Source: Pseudomonadales bacterium (lineage in GTDB: Bacteria > Pseudomonadota > Gammaproteobacteria > Pseudomonadales > UBA7239). From it: DNA of 64,000 nucleotides. A program made the position numbers and the translations under genes. This document shows, in pieces, positions 22,078 to 32,304 of the stretch. The stretch spans positions 1,471-65,470 of the forward strand of contig JAWKZZ010000008.1 in NCBI GenBank assembly GCA_041395785.1, read 5' to 3'. The first letter of the stretch is position 1. The number at the start of each line of letters is the position of its first letter. The notes below the pieces were generated by a model. It worked only from the letters and a program-made list of their open reading frames with translations, did not search any database and was not told the DNA's origin.

Positions 22078-22467
22078 TCAATAAACTGCATTGCGCGGAT
22101 CTTCCATCATCTGCGCGATGCGATATTTCCACGGTTCGATATCCGTGCCTTCCGATTCCATCAACAAAAACCCAACGAGATAATCTTTATCGCGTCCCAC
22201 TGTAGCTACCCATTTCACTTCACCAGTTAAATGGTAATGGCGCGGCTCGCCGATAAACTCCACACACAACTGCAAGATGCTGCCGGGCGGCGTGGGTTTG
22301 TCCATCACGATTTGCAAACCGTTAGCCGACAAATCGACAGTTTTGGATACCGCCACATTGGGCTTACGCGTCTCTCCCGTTGGCGAAGAGTAGGTTTCTA
22401 CAAACACCACCAATTCCTGACCAATGCGCAATTCCGAACGCTGACAAACAATCTCTTGATTTTCCAT
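22078..22467 (-). CDS. PilZ domain protein (c-di-GMP binding motifs intact)
   Basis: 129 aa. RxxxR (RSELR) near the N-terminus and DxSxxG (DLSANG). Confidence 0.75.
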   Translation of the reverse strand: MENQEIVCQRSELRIGQELVVFVETYSSPTGETRKPNVAVSKTVDLSANGLQIVMDKPTPPGSILQLCVEFIGEPRHYHLTGEVKWVATVGRDKDYLVGFLLMESEGTDIEPWKYRIAQMMEDPRNAVY

Positions 22468-22480
22468 GATTAGATCCCTG

Positions 22481-24316
22481 TTAATCTTTGCGCAAAGTTT
22501 GAATCACTTTCGCTAATGAATTTTCGAACTGATCGCCCTGTTGCACGACGCGCGCTTTATTATCTAACAGCATTTTGATCAATTCATCGCGACGCGGCTC
22601 GGCTAATTTCTTGCCGTCGCGCCCCACAAAAATTAATTTATCCGAAGCGTTAATCACCGCAGCCAATTTGCAGCGCTGGCGCTCGCCGTCGATTTCAATA
22701 TCCACCCACGCGCCAATGCCGAGTGCGCGCACGGTATGCTGCGCGGTTTCCCATTCGTCAATGCGCGCCTGTTTTTCTGCCTGCAACTGTCGATCGCGCT
22801 CCGCCTCTTCTTCTTTGCGTTTACGCTCGGCCGCTGCAATGGCTTCTTTTTCTGCCACCACCTTGGCATGTGCCGCTGCTTCCGCAGCGGCGCGCTCCGC
22901 TTCTTCTGCTTTTTGGCGCGCTTCCTCTGCCGCTTGGCGTGCAGCGGCTTCGGCAATTTTCGCCTGCTCTTCCGCTTGTTTGCGCGCTGCTTCTTCTGCG
23001 CGCACCTGCGCCTCTAAACGCTCTTGCGCGATGCGCTCTGCTTCGCGGCGCGCTTTTTCCTGTGCCTGCTTGCGGCGCTCCTGTTCAACGCGCTGCCGTT
23101 CATCCAACTCGGCTTGCAGCAGAGTTTGTCGTTGATACAACTGCAAAAATAGCGCGACCGTATCGCGAAAAACCTGTGAAAAATTGTTGTCGGAGTCCAA
23201 CAAAATAATTTGTCTACCCGTCAACAAATACGCAAACTCCTCTAGCGTTTTTTCCATGCACTTAGCGCCGAGCACATTGACAAATAGCAAGCGCTCACCA
23301 TCTGTCGATTTCAAAATTAAACGACAGCGCAAGCGTTCATTATTGTCACGCACATAAATTAGCCATTGTCCTTCGGGAATTTGTTTCACCTGATCCAACA
23401 GCGCGCTGCTGACATTAGCAGCAACGCCGGCTTCCACCCCGAGATCTGACAACGGTTCCGCCGGACGCACTTCCACTTTGTTGCCCAGCAACACTTGCAT
23501 GTGCAATTTTTCAATGCGCGTTACCCACGCCTCCAACTCCGCCGCATCAGAAATACTCACCAATTGTTTGGCCAGCTGCGGGATGATTTTCGGAATAGTT
23601 TCGTAAACCTGCTGCATGCCGGCTTCATCTTCTGCACCCAGCATTGAATCCACCAACATTTCACTCACACGCACGATGAGCTTCCAGTCATCACTGGCCT
23701 GTCCTTTGCTGAGATACACCACTTTCATCGAGTGCAGCAGCGGGCCTTTCAATAATTCTTCCACGACATCCGGCATCGGCGCGCGCGCCAACAGCGTGCG
23801 AATTTGTTGTCGCACGGCTTGATCGGCCGCTTCGCCTGCCATGGCACCCTGCGCTGTCTGACGAATGCGGTCTATCAAGGTATCGGCGCGCTGAAAATCT
23901 TTTGCCAGTTGTGCCACCAACTCATCCAACCAAGTTTGAAATGGCGCAGTAGCAGGATCGGCTTTGCGCAAACGCTGCAACATTTCCTCCAAGCGTTGGC
24001 GATATTTTTCACCGGGCTTACCCAACTCGGCACTCCAGTAGCGCCCCGCATCCCACAACTGATCTAACAAACGAAATAAAGGATGCTGTAAATCGCGCAG
24101 CACTGCCGGTTCGCGCAATAGCACCCCCGCCACCAAAGGTCGCAGCGCCAAAAACGGATGCAGCAACTCCGGCTCTAAATCATTTTGCGATTGCCCCTGC
24201 TCGAACACTTGATCGCAGAAGTACAACAAATTCGCTTCCCGCTGCGTGACAGGGTTAACGCCCCTGGGCGCTGCACCGCCCGCTGCAAAGGGATTCATCG
24301 GGCGGTAAATCCACAT
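22481..24316 (-). CDS. DUF1631-like protein with central E/A/R/K/Q coiled coil
   Basis: 611 aa. HPLFRLLDQL segment and two 'G.W......R.RC.L.......L.F....G' modules (IPEGQWLIYVRDNNERLRCRLILK; GIGAWVDIEIDGERQRCKLAAVIN) as I recall for DUF1631. Open frames on the same strand continue to an ATG at 24471 but need about 2 frameshifts, so the true 5' end may be 24471. Confidence 0.6.
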   Translation of the reverse strand: MWIYRPMNPFAAGGAAPRGVNPVTQREANLLYFCDQVFEQGQSQNDLEPELLHPFLALRPLVAGVLLREPAVLRDLQHPLFRLLDQLWDAGRYWSAELGKPGEKYRQRLEEMLQRLRKADPATAPFQTWLDELVAQLAKDFQRADTLIDRIRQTAQGAMAGEAADQAVRQQIRTLLARAPMPDVVEELLKGPLLHSMKVVYLSKGQASDDWKLIVRVSEMLVDSMLGAEDEAGMQQVYETIPKIIPQLAKQLVSISDAAELEAWVTRIEKLHMQVLLGNKVEVRPAEPLSDLGVEAGVAANVSSALLDQVKQIPEGQWLIYVRDNNERLRCRLILKSTDGERLLFVNVLGAKCMEKTLEEFAYLLTGRQIILLDSDNNFSQVFRDTVALFLQLYQRQTLLQAELDERQRVEQERRKQAQEKARREAERIAQERLEAQVRAEEAARKQAEEQAKIAEAAARQAAEEARQKAEEAERAAAEAAAHAKVVAEKEAIAAAERKRKEEEAERDRQLQAEKQARIDEWETAQHTVRALGIGAWVDIEIDGERQRCKLAAVINASDKLIFVGRDGKKLAEPRRDELIKMLLDNKARVVQQGDQFENSLAKVIQTLRKD

Positions 24317-24540
24317 TCTGTAAACCCACCAAACGCGCTAACAGCGTGGTGCGCGCGCGCTCGTCGCCCGCACTCACTTCGGCGGTGGAAAATCCCTTGA
24401 GCTAGGGCTTCTTGCAGCAAACCATCAACAGACATCGAGACAAACACAGCAGGCAATTTGTTCGGTGGCATAGCATTACAGGCAATCAGCGTCGCTGCTG
24501 TGCGTTATGCTGCCGCCTGATCAATAAATCCCTAGAAATT

Positions 24541-27267
24541 ATGAACCACGCAGACTGCATTCTGGTTGACGGCTCCTCCCATTTCTTACCGGGTGCCTTC
24601 CACGCCCTGCCGCCGCTGACCACCAGCAAGGGTCAACCCACCGGCGCAGTGAAAGGCGGGGACCATTAAGCTGCGCAGCCTGCGCAAGCAGTATCCGCAC
24701 AGCGCCATCGCCGTGTTCGACCCGAAAGGCGACACTTCGCAACGCGTTGTACGCCGACTACAAAGCCAATCGCCCACCCATGCCCGACGATTTGCGCGCA
24801 GATTGTGCACCGCCGCATCGCCGATTCGCGTGATGGGAATTCCACTGGCTGATCGTCGATGGTGTGGTGCCGATGATGTGATCGACATCGGCTGGCCGTG
24901 CAGGCGCGCAACCAACAACAAGCCGTGCTGATTTCCACCGGCGACAAAGACATGGCGCAGTTGGTGACGAGCATGTCACGCTGGGTCAACACCATGACCA
25001 ACACCGTGCTGGATCGCGTTATGGGTGACGAAAGTATTTGGCACCGGTAAGCCGGAGCAGATTGTCGATTACCTCGCCTTGATGGGTGACAAAGTCGACA
25101 ACATTCCTGGCGTGGATAAGTGCGGCCCCAAGACTGCGGTGAAGTGGCTGCAAGAATACGGCTCGCTAGCAAGCGTGATGGACAACGCCGAAAAAATTGG
25201 CGGCAAAATTGGCGAGAACTTGCGCGCTGCTTTGTCCTTTCTGCCGCTGTCGCAACAACTCGCCACCATCAAAACCGATGTAGAGATGCCCATCAACTGG
25301 CGCGACTTACAAGCGGGCGAAATGGATCGCGCTGCACTGCTCGAATGGTTTACCGAACTGGAAATTCAAAGTCTGGATTGCAGAAGTGAATAACGGCGGC
25401 GATGTGATTGCTGCCGCTACTGCACCAACAACGCAAACCGAAACTGTCCCCGCACAATACGACACCATTACCGACATGGATCACTTGCAACAGTGGATCT
25501 CACGCTTGCAGTCTGCACCGTATTTTGCACTCGACACGGAAACTGGATTCGCTCGATTACATGCGTAAGCCAATATTGTCGGGTTGTCCTTGCAGTCAAA
25601 ACAGGCGAAGCCGCTTATGTACCGTGGCGCACGATTATCTCGGCGCGCCAACACAATTATCACGCGAAGCCGTACCTAAAGCACTCCAACCATTACTGAA
25701 GATACTTCCATTAAAAAAGTGGATGCAGAACGGCAAATACGATATGAATGTGTTTCGTATGCCGGCATTCAATTGCGCGGTGTGGCGTATGACACAATGC
25801 TGGAATCTTAGCGCGTTTTAGATCTGCCGCTACGCGCCACAACATGGATGATCTCGCGAAAAATATTTGGATTACGACACGGTTGCTTTTGAAGATATCG
25901 CCGGCAAAGGTGCGAATCAATTGTCGTTCAATCAAATTGACTTAGAAAAGCAGCGTTTTATGCCGCTGAAGATGCCGATATCACCTTGCGCCTGCATCGA
26001 AAACCCTGTGGCCACAACCGAGCGCCACACCGGCGTTGCAATCAAGCCTTTTGACCACATCGAAATCCCTTGCTTCCTGCATTGTCGCGCATCGAGCGCA
26101 ACGGCGTGCTGGTCGATGTCAAACGCTTACACAAGCACAGCGTAGAACTGGCGAGCGCATGCAAGCACTCACGCAAGAAGCGTTCACACTCGCCGGGCAA
26201 GAATTTAATTTGAGCTCGCCCAAACAACTCGGCGAAATTTTGTACGGAAAATTGAAACCGGTTTGCGCTGAAAAAAACACCGACCGGACAACTGTCTACC
26301 GCCGAACCGGTGTTGGTGCAGAACTCGCACTGGATTACCCGCTGCCGAAAGTGATTATGGAATATCGCGCGTGAGCAAACTGAAATCGACTTACACCGAT
26401 AAATTGCCGCAGATGGCAGGTGACCCTGCAACTGGTCGCGTTCACACTTCGTATCACCAAGCGATTGCGTCTACAGGGCGTTTGCTTCCTTCAGATCCCA
26501 ATCTCCAAACATTCATCTTTCGCACGGAAGAAGGTCGTCGCGTGCGACTGGCGTTTATCGCGCCCAAAAATTACAAAATGCTCGCCGCGGATTACTCACA
26601 AAATTGAATTGCGCATCATGGCGCACTTATCTGCGGATGACGGTTTGCGCAACGCGTTTGTACAGCGTTTTTCGACATTCACCGCGCCACCGCTGCCGAA
26701 GTGTTTGATACCGCATTAGAAAAGTGACGACCGAACAATGCCGCAGCGCGAAAGCCATCAACTTTGGTTTGATTTACGGTATGTCAGCCTTTGGTTTAGC
26801 GAAACAATTGCACATCGGTCGCCATCAAGCACAGGAATACATTGATTTATATTTTTCGCGCTACCCCGGCGTACATTGCGTTACGGAGGAAACACGCCAA
26901 CAAGCCGCCGAACAGGGTTTTGTTGAAAACGCTGTTTGGTCGCCGTTTGTATCTGCCCGATATCCGCTCCAAAACGCCGGCTTGCGCCAAGCGGCTGAGC
27001 GCACGGCGATCAACGCGCCGATGCAGGGCACTGCAGCCGATATCATCGCGCGCGATGATCCGCGTCTCGGAATGGCTGCAACACACGAAAACCGATGCGC
27101 GCATGATCATGCAAGTACACGACGAGCTGGTGTTCGAGGTCGCTGAACGCGATGTCGAGACCGTGCGCGAGACAGTCTGTAGCCTGATGTCTGCCGCAGC
27201 CGAACTGCATGTACCACTGGTCGTCGATGCCGAAGGCATCGGCGACAACTGGGACGAAGCCCACTGA
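24541..27267 (+). pseudogene. polA: DNA polymerase I, multiply frameshifted as written
   Basis: Pol I peptides occur in all three + frames. Examples are MNHADCILVDGSS..ALPPLTTSKGQPTGAV (24541-), [110 protein letters not shown]|[29 protein letters not shown] and QVHDELVFEV...NWDEAH. The total span of 2727 nt fits about 909 aa. There are at least a dozen frame switches. Confidence 0.9.
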
Positions 27268-27281
27268 ATACAGCCAACCTC

Positions 27282-28173
27282 ATGAAACATTCACTGTTAT
27301 TGCAAACTTTGACAAGAGCCCCGCATGGACACCACGAACCCGATACTGAAACTTCGGCCGCACCCGCCATCATCGCTTTTGCCGGCATCAGCGTGCTGAC
27401 CTCGTCGTGGTACACCGTCGATGAAGGCGAGCGCGCCGTGATCCTTATGCAATGGTGCCGCCATCGGCACTGCCGAACCCGGCCTGCACTTCAAGATACC
27501 GGTCATCGACCGAGCTGCATAATTTCAGCAGACATTGAATGAGTTTGACCAGATGCCCGCCTACTCGAAAGACCAAGCCGGCCGAGATCAAGCTCTCGCC
27601 TACCCCACGCTTCCAGCGTGCAGTCCATCTATTCCACCTACGGCTGGTGGAAGGTCTCGTCGACCGCATCCTGCGCCCGCGTGTGAACGATTCCACCAAG
27701 GAAGTGTTCACGAAGTTCACCGCCGTGTCGGTGATCCAGGATCGCGCCAAGTTCGGCACGGATGTTCACCAGGCTGTCATCAAGATCGTCAAAGCAATGA
27801 CATGGTGACGAATCCATCCAGATCGAGAACATCGACTTCTCCAGCGCCTACGAACAGAGCATCGAGCAGCGCATGCTGGCCGAAGTCGAAGTGCAGAAAG
27901 TTCGCCAGAACTGGAGAAGGAAAAGTCTCCGCCGACATCACCCGCACCCGCGCACAGGCCGAAGCTGATGCCCGGTTGCATTGGCACAGGCCACGGCCGA
28001 CGCCAAGGCGATTGAACTGCGCGCCAGGCTGAAGCGGCCGCCATCCGCGCCAAGGCTGATGCGCTGCGCGAGCCCGAACCTCGTAACCCTGATCCAGGCC
28101 GAGCGCTGTGGACGGCAAACTGCCGGCGACGATGGTGCCGAAGCTCGGCGGAAAGCTGTTTATCGTGGGGTGA
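27282..28173 (+). pseudogene. SPFH/band-7 (prohibitin-like) family protein, frameshifted as written
   Basis: Fragments lie in several frames: SWYTVDEGERAVIL, NGAAIGTAEPGLHFKIPVID, LEGLVDRILRPRVNDSTKEVFTKFTAVSVIQDRAKFG, IQIENIDFSSAYEQSIEQRMLAEVEVQKVRQN, and ends ..KLFIVG* (TGA 28171-28173). Confidence 0.7.
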
Positions 28174-28185
28174 AATAACTTCACC

Positions 28186-28325
28186 ACCCGGCGCTGCGCC
28201 ATCCTGAATCCGTTCCTTACCCGGCGCTGCGCCACCCTCTCCCGAATCAGAGAGGGTTGAGATGCTGCCTGCTGTTTTTTCCTTCTCCCGCTGGCGGAGA
28301 AGGTGGCCGAAGGCCGGATGAGGGT
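28186..28325. repeat. cluster of REP-like palindromic elements
   Basis: Direct repeat ACCCGGCGCTGCGCCA at 28186-28201 and 28219-28234. Hairpins ccctctc/gagaggg (28235-28256), ccttctcc/ggagaagg (28281-28303) and ggcc-gaa-ggcc (28305-28315). Confidence 0.7.
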
Positions 28326-28620
28326 TATCTCGCCAGCGCATTCCGTATCTTGCCAAACATTTCCTCATCGTGATGCCACAACCACATCAGCGAGTTGTAT
28401 TCTTTTCGCGCCAGCAACTCCGCGCTGTATTCAAATCCATAGTCCACTTTTCCGTCAGCCGCTCTGGAAAGACAGCACCAGCAAATCGCCGTCTGCTGGC
28501 TGCAGTGCCACATCGAAAGCATCAACCTCCCGCAAACGCGCCATAGAATGTGTTCGCGATTAATCGCATCTACAGCAGGATCCAGATAATACGGCGGCTG
28601 GATGGTGCCTGATCATTTCA
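28325..28620 (-). pseudogene. small ORF of unknown function, apparently frame-broken
   Basis: The minus strand reads ..TIQPPYYLDPAVDAINREHILWRV / LREVDAFDVALQPADGDLLVLSFQSG / DGKVDYGFEYSAELLARKEYNSLMWLWHHDEEMFGKIRNALAR* across 2-3 frames. I recognise no family. Confidence 0.2.
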
Positions 28621-28734
28621 TTCTTGTCTTGCGCCTGACGATAAAAATCCAGTAGTGGGCACAATCTTTCCACATCAGCCGTCTTGCAATGGACACAGTT
28701 TGAATTTGTCTGATACTACGCACATGGCACACCC

Positions 28735-31700
28735 TCACATCCCGCAGAATTTCCCATCCTCCACCCTTACCTTCCCACCACCACCAGCATTTCCAGTATC
28801 GATGGCAGGCGTTTTTTCCAAGCGCCCTTGCCGGTGAAGTGCGCGGCGATGGCATCAATATCCAATGCAATTTTGCTGGCGGCGAGTATATGTCTGCCAC
28901 GGCCTTCGCTTGCGCAATACCTTCTTCGGCCACGGTTGTTTTTCACAGCAGCAACGATTGGCTCACTCAAGTACTTCCGGCTCCACATCCAGCGGTTTGC
29001 ACGGCAATGGTTTCAGCAGCGGCTTGGGCCTTGTGTGTTTTGTGCGCTCTTGTTTTGATATTCCGGCCGCAACCAACGCACGATGCCGCGCTGTTCTTCT
29101 TCAACGCGCTCGGCATTTAATGCAACAAGGCGCCCAATAAAACCCCATCCAATTCGCGCTTGATGTCGATGCGCAATGACCCTCCGCTGCTGACGTGGCA
29201 CCTCCCCTATTGCATAGGGGGAGGATTTATCTCCTTGCGAAGGAGTGGCGCGCAGCGCCGAGGGGGGTCACGCCATCTTCACCACCTGCATCATCTCCTG
29301 CAAGCATCTATTCCAGCCGTAAGCGTCGAGCACGGCGAGGTCGAGTTCATCGTGCAATTGCTTGAGCACGGATACCAGCCCCTGTTCGTGGATGGTTTTT
29401 TCCTTCGCTGTCAGCGCGTCGCCGCTTTTGAGCTTTTCCAGCACGCTGTACATGCCGGTGAGCGTCAGCTCCGGGTGCTGCGCCTGCTGTTTCTTGCGAT
29501 GTGCATCCAGCTGCCTTCGCCAATGCGCGAATTCGGATTTTCTGTTCTTCCGTGGCAGCTGGAAACGGGAAAGGCTCGAAGCAACGGTATTGTTGTAAAC
29601 GGGATCATTACCAACACCCAGCCTTGCGCCAGCAGCCAATGCCCATACAACATGAGATGCACTAGACAAAACCCCTAGAACATAACCATCGTCATGCGCA
29701 ACTACGCGTATCTTTTGGTCTGGCAAATAGTCAGATTCGATAAAGACAAATGTTCTGTGTTTGGCGGTTTCTGTTGTTCCTATATATCTTGAGCAATTTT
29801 GTATAGCCTCGCGCAAATCTGGACGCGCTCTACCAAATAACCACCAATTATCCCTGAAAAGCTTATCTCTGCTGGAATCTCTTTCCGGCTTTACCCGGTC
29901 AAAAATTCTTTGAAACTCTTTGGGATAGAGTTCCATTGCCTGTTTATCAGAAAGACCGAAGAAATCCACAACCCGACAATCTCTTGGCTTTTGCGTCAAA
30001 TCCCTGCCATTCATGTACTTCCTGATCACTGGCGAATTTACACCATGCAGAGGATCTTCAGGCTCCACAACAAAGCCACCACCAACAAGGATGACACCCA
30101 TGAATGAAAGACCAGTATTGGAACGTAATGCCGGCGCTGACGCAACGTTGGCTCCAACCCGCAAGTCTGAATGAATGAGGCCAGAAGCCGCTCTCAGCTT
30201 CACATCAACTTCAGAATCTTCGACCTCTTTCTTCTTCAACCTTCTTGAGCAAACCGGATTTTTTACCTGCTTCACCAACCGTCATCGCAATACCGCACAG
30301 CAGCACCATCAGCGTTATCAACCCACGGGTGATCAGGAATTGCGAACACCAGCGACAGCGGTGCCTTGGCTGAAAGGTGTGTATCAACAATTTTTCTGTT
30401 GAACGCCATCGTCAAGCTGTTCGTAGTAACTGTGCCCGAACCGCAGCATTTTTTTCAAGCGCACACTTTCAGCCGCATGGTGCCACCAATACATAAATTC
30501 AAATCGGCTGTATCCGGCACATCGGGCCACGCGGCGCGCAACGCTTCCACATAACCATCACCCAGTGCCACACGCATGCGCTTGTTACCAATAAACGGTG
30601 GATTCCCCACCACAAAGTCCGCCTGCGGCCACTCGGCCTTGCGCGGATTAACGTACTGATCGATGGTGATGCGCGCAGTTTCATCCGGCACATCTTCCCC
30701 CGTCACCGGGATGCTTCTTGAACGCCTTGCCATCCCAGCGCGACACCGGCACGCCTTTCTCATCCTGCAACAACTCGATGCCGTCATACGCCAGCACGGC
30801 ATCGCGGTTTTCAATGTTGTGGAAATCGCGCAACACCGGCTGCGGCGGCTGCGCCGAACCGTTGGTCTTGAAATGCCATTGCAGATAGCCGATCCACAAC
30901 ACCATCTCGGCAATGCTCGCCGCGCGTGGATTTAACTTCAATACCAAGAAACTGGTGCGGATCAACCGTTAAGCCTTCCGTCTCCAAACTCATTGATACA
31001 TTCAAATCGTGCAACTGGTTCAACACTTCGCCTTCCAGCCGTTTCAAGTGTTCCAGCGTTACATACAGAAAGTTTCCCGAACCGCAAGCAGGATCCAGCA
31101 CGCGCACATTGCACAAACGATGTTGAAATTCACGCAACACATTTTCGGCTTCTTTGTTTCTTTTTCTTCACTCGCCAGCATCAGTGCCGCCGTCTGCGCG
31201 GTGTTCTGTCCTTCGCGCAGCGGTTCAATTACGGTTGGCAACACTAAACGCTCGACACATGCGCGCGGCGTGTAATGCGCACTGAGCGCGTGACGCTCAG
31301 TCGGGTCGAGTGCGTTCCAGTAGCGTGCCAAAAATCGCTGGTTCTACTTGGCTCCAATCTTTTCTGCCCGCTTCAATTCAACAGCGCAATTTGATCGCGG
31401 TGGATCCAACGGCAACACATCTGTTGTTTGAACAACTTGCCATTAAAGCGCAACACATCGGCGCGCAGAGAAACGGTAAAACCGCCGCCATCCATCGTCT
31501 TCCTGCCAAATCTGGTTACCAGCGGCATAAATTGCCAGTAGTGCGTTGGCGAGTGATTCCAATAATTCAGTGAACGAACGCTTCGGCAGCAGGCCAACAT
31601 CTTCAGCAAAAAGTGGGAACAAGCAGCGCGTGAGAAATCCAGCCACGCGTTCGGCACCAGTTCGCGCTTTCCAATGCTTTCGCGGATACCGGCCAGTTGC

Positions 31701-32304
31701 GCGGCAATTTCGCGCGTGACTTTGGCAGATTGGCGCGTGGGATCCAACGAGAGCGGATCACACCAAAGAGTTCTCAAACGCTCGCGAATTCTTTTTCATC
31801 GCGCAGATCATCGAGCTTGATGCGGTGCGAGCGTGGATCAGGAAACGGTGCAGTAGTGGTTCGCGCCGCTGCGAGAGAACCCGGCATAAACATCAATGAG
31901 GTTACTAACATCCACTCACCAACAAAAATGGTGGGCGACCTTCACCGGGCTGGCAAAGGGCGATTGCTCGGCTTGTTTGTGCGCTCTTTAACAAATGCCA
32001 CACCGAAACCCTGCGTGTGCTCGCCCCAAGTTTTGAGTTTCTTGTTCTCCAGTACGAAAGCACCACGGCGGTAATAATCGATTCCGCCCTCCGCCGTTGA
32101 GCCATATCGGCATGATTAAAAATCACGCGCCGCTCAAACACATAGGCGTTGTCGCGGGTATCTTCGCTTGCGCAGGATCAGGCACCGGCACGGGTGAGCA
32201 GTTCGGTATAGGCTCGTGGCAAAACTCCGCGCTGGCAAGTTCCGTTGCCTAGCACCGCGCCAGCGTGATAAAAGATTCCACAGGAGAAATATCTGAAGTT
32301 CCAT
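28735..32304 (-). pseudogene. MmeI-family type IIL/IIG restriction-modification enzyme (fused PD-ExK nuclease, N6-adenine methyltransferase and TRD), multiply frameshifted and interrupted
   Basis: Fragments in at least 9 frame segments. N-terminus ..SRWRGA.., DTRDNAYVFERRVIFNHADGSTAEGGIDYYRRGAFVLENKK (D-X9-E-X-K, 32041-32082). PFPDPRSHRIKLDDL. MTase motif [13 protein letters not shown] (~31060-31100). Motif [11 protein letters not shown] (30593-30604). PDHPWV-type segment. TRD ORF 29268-30278. C-terminal tail VRWLRPEYQ...KGAWKKRLPSILEMLVVVGR(V)RVEDGKFCGM* (TGA at 28735-28737). Confidence 0.8.
29199..29266. repeat. REP-like palindromic element inside the R-M gene
   Basis: Hairpins cctcccc-tattgcata-ggggagg (29201-29223) and ctcctt-gcg-aaggag (29231-29245), plus GGCGCGCAGCGCCG. 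That last stretch is the reverse complement of the CGGCGCTGCGC core shared with the 28186-28325 elements. Confidence 0.6.

Noticed and set aside
22575-23208. Several 90-190-aa plus-strand ORFs and an apparent low-complexity nucleotide repeat
   Set aside because: They are antisense readings of the GAA/GCG/CGC/CAG-rich region encoding the E/A/R/K/Q coiled coil of the DUF1631-like protein. This is neither a mobile element nor a separate gene.
24317-24540. A possible independent small gene between the DUF1631-like gene and polA
   Set aside because: The open frames here are on the minus strand and read as a plausible N-terminal continuation (MPPNKLPAVF.. from ATG 24471) of the DUF1631-like gene, broken by ~2 frameshifts. 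The rest is the divergent promoter region.
24586-25172. 111-168-aa minus-strand ORFs within polA
   Set aside because: They are antisense to recognisable Pol I peptides and have Cys/Arg-rich composition.
27766-28368. 200-aa minus-strand ORF
   Set aside because: It is antisense to the SPFH gene fragments and runs through the REP cluster. It is Arg/Ala/Ser/Gly-rich and an artefact.
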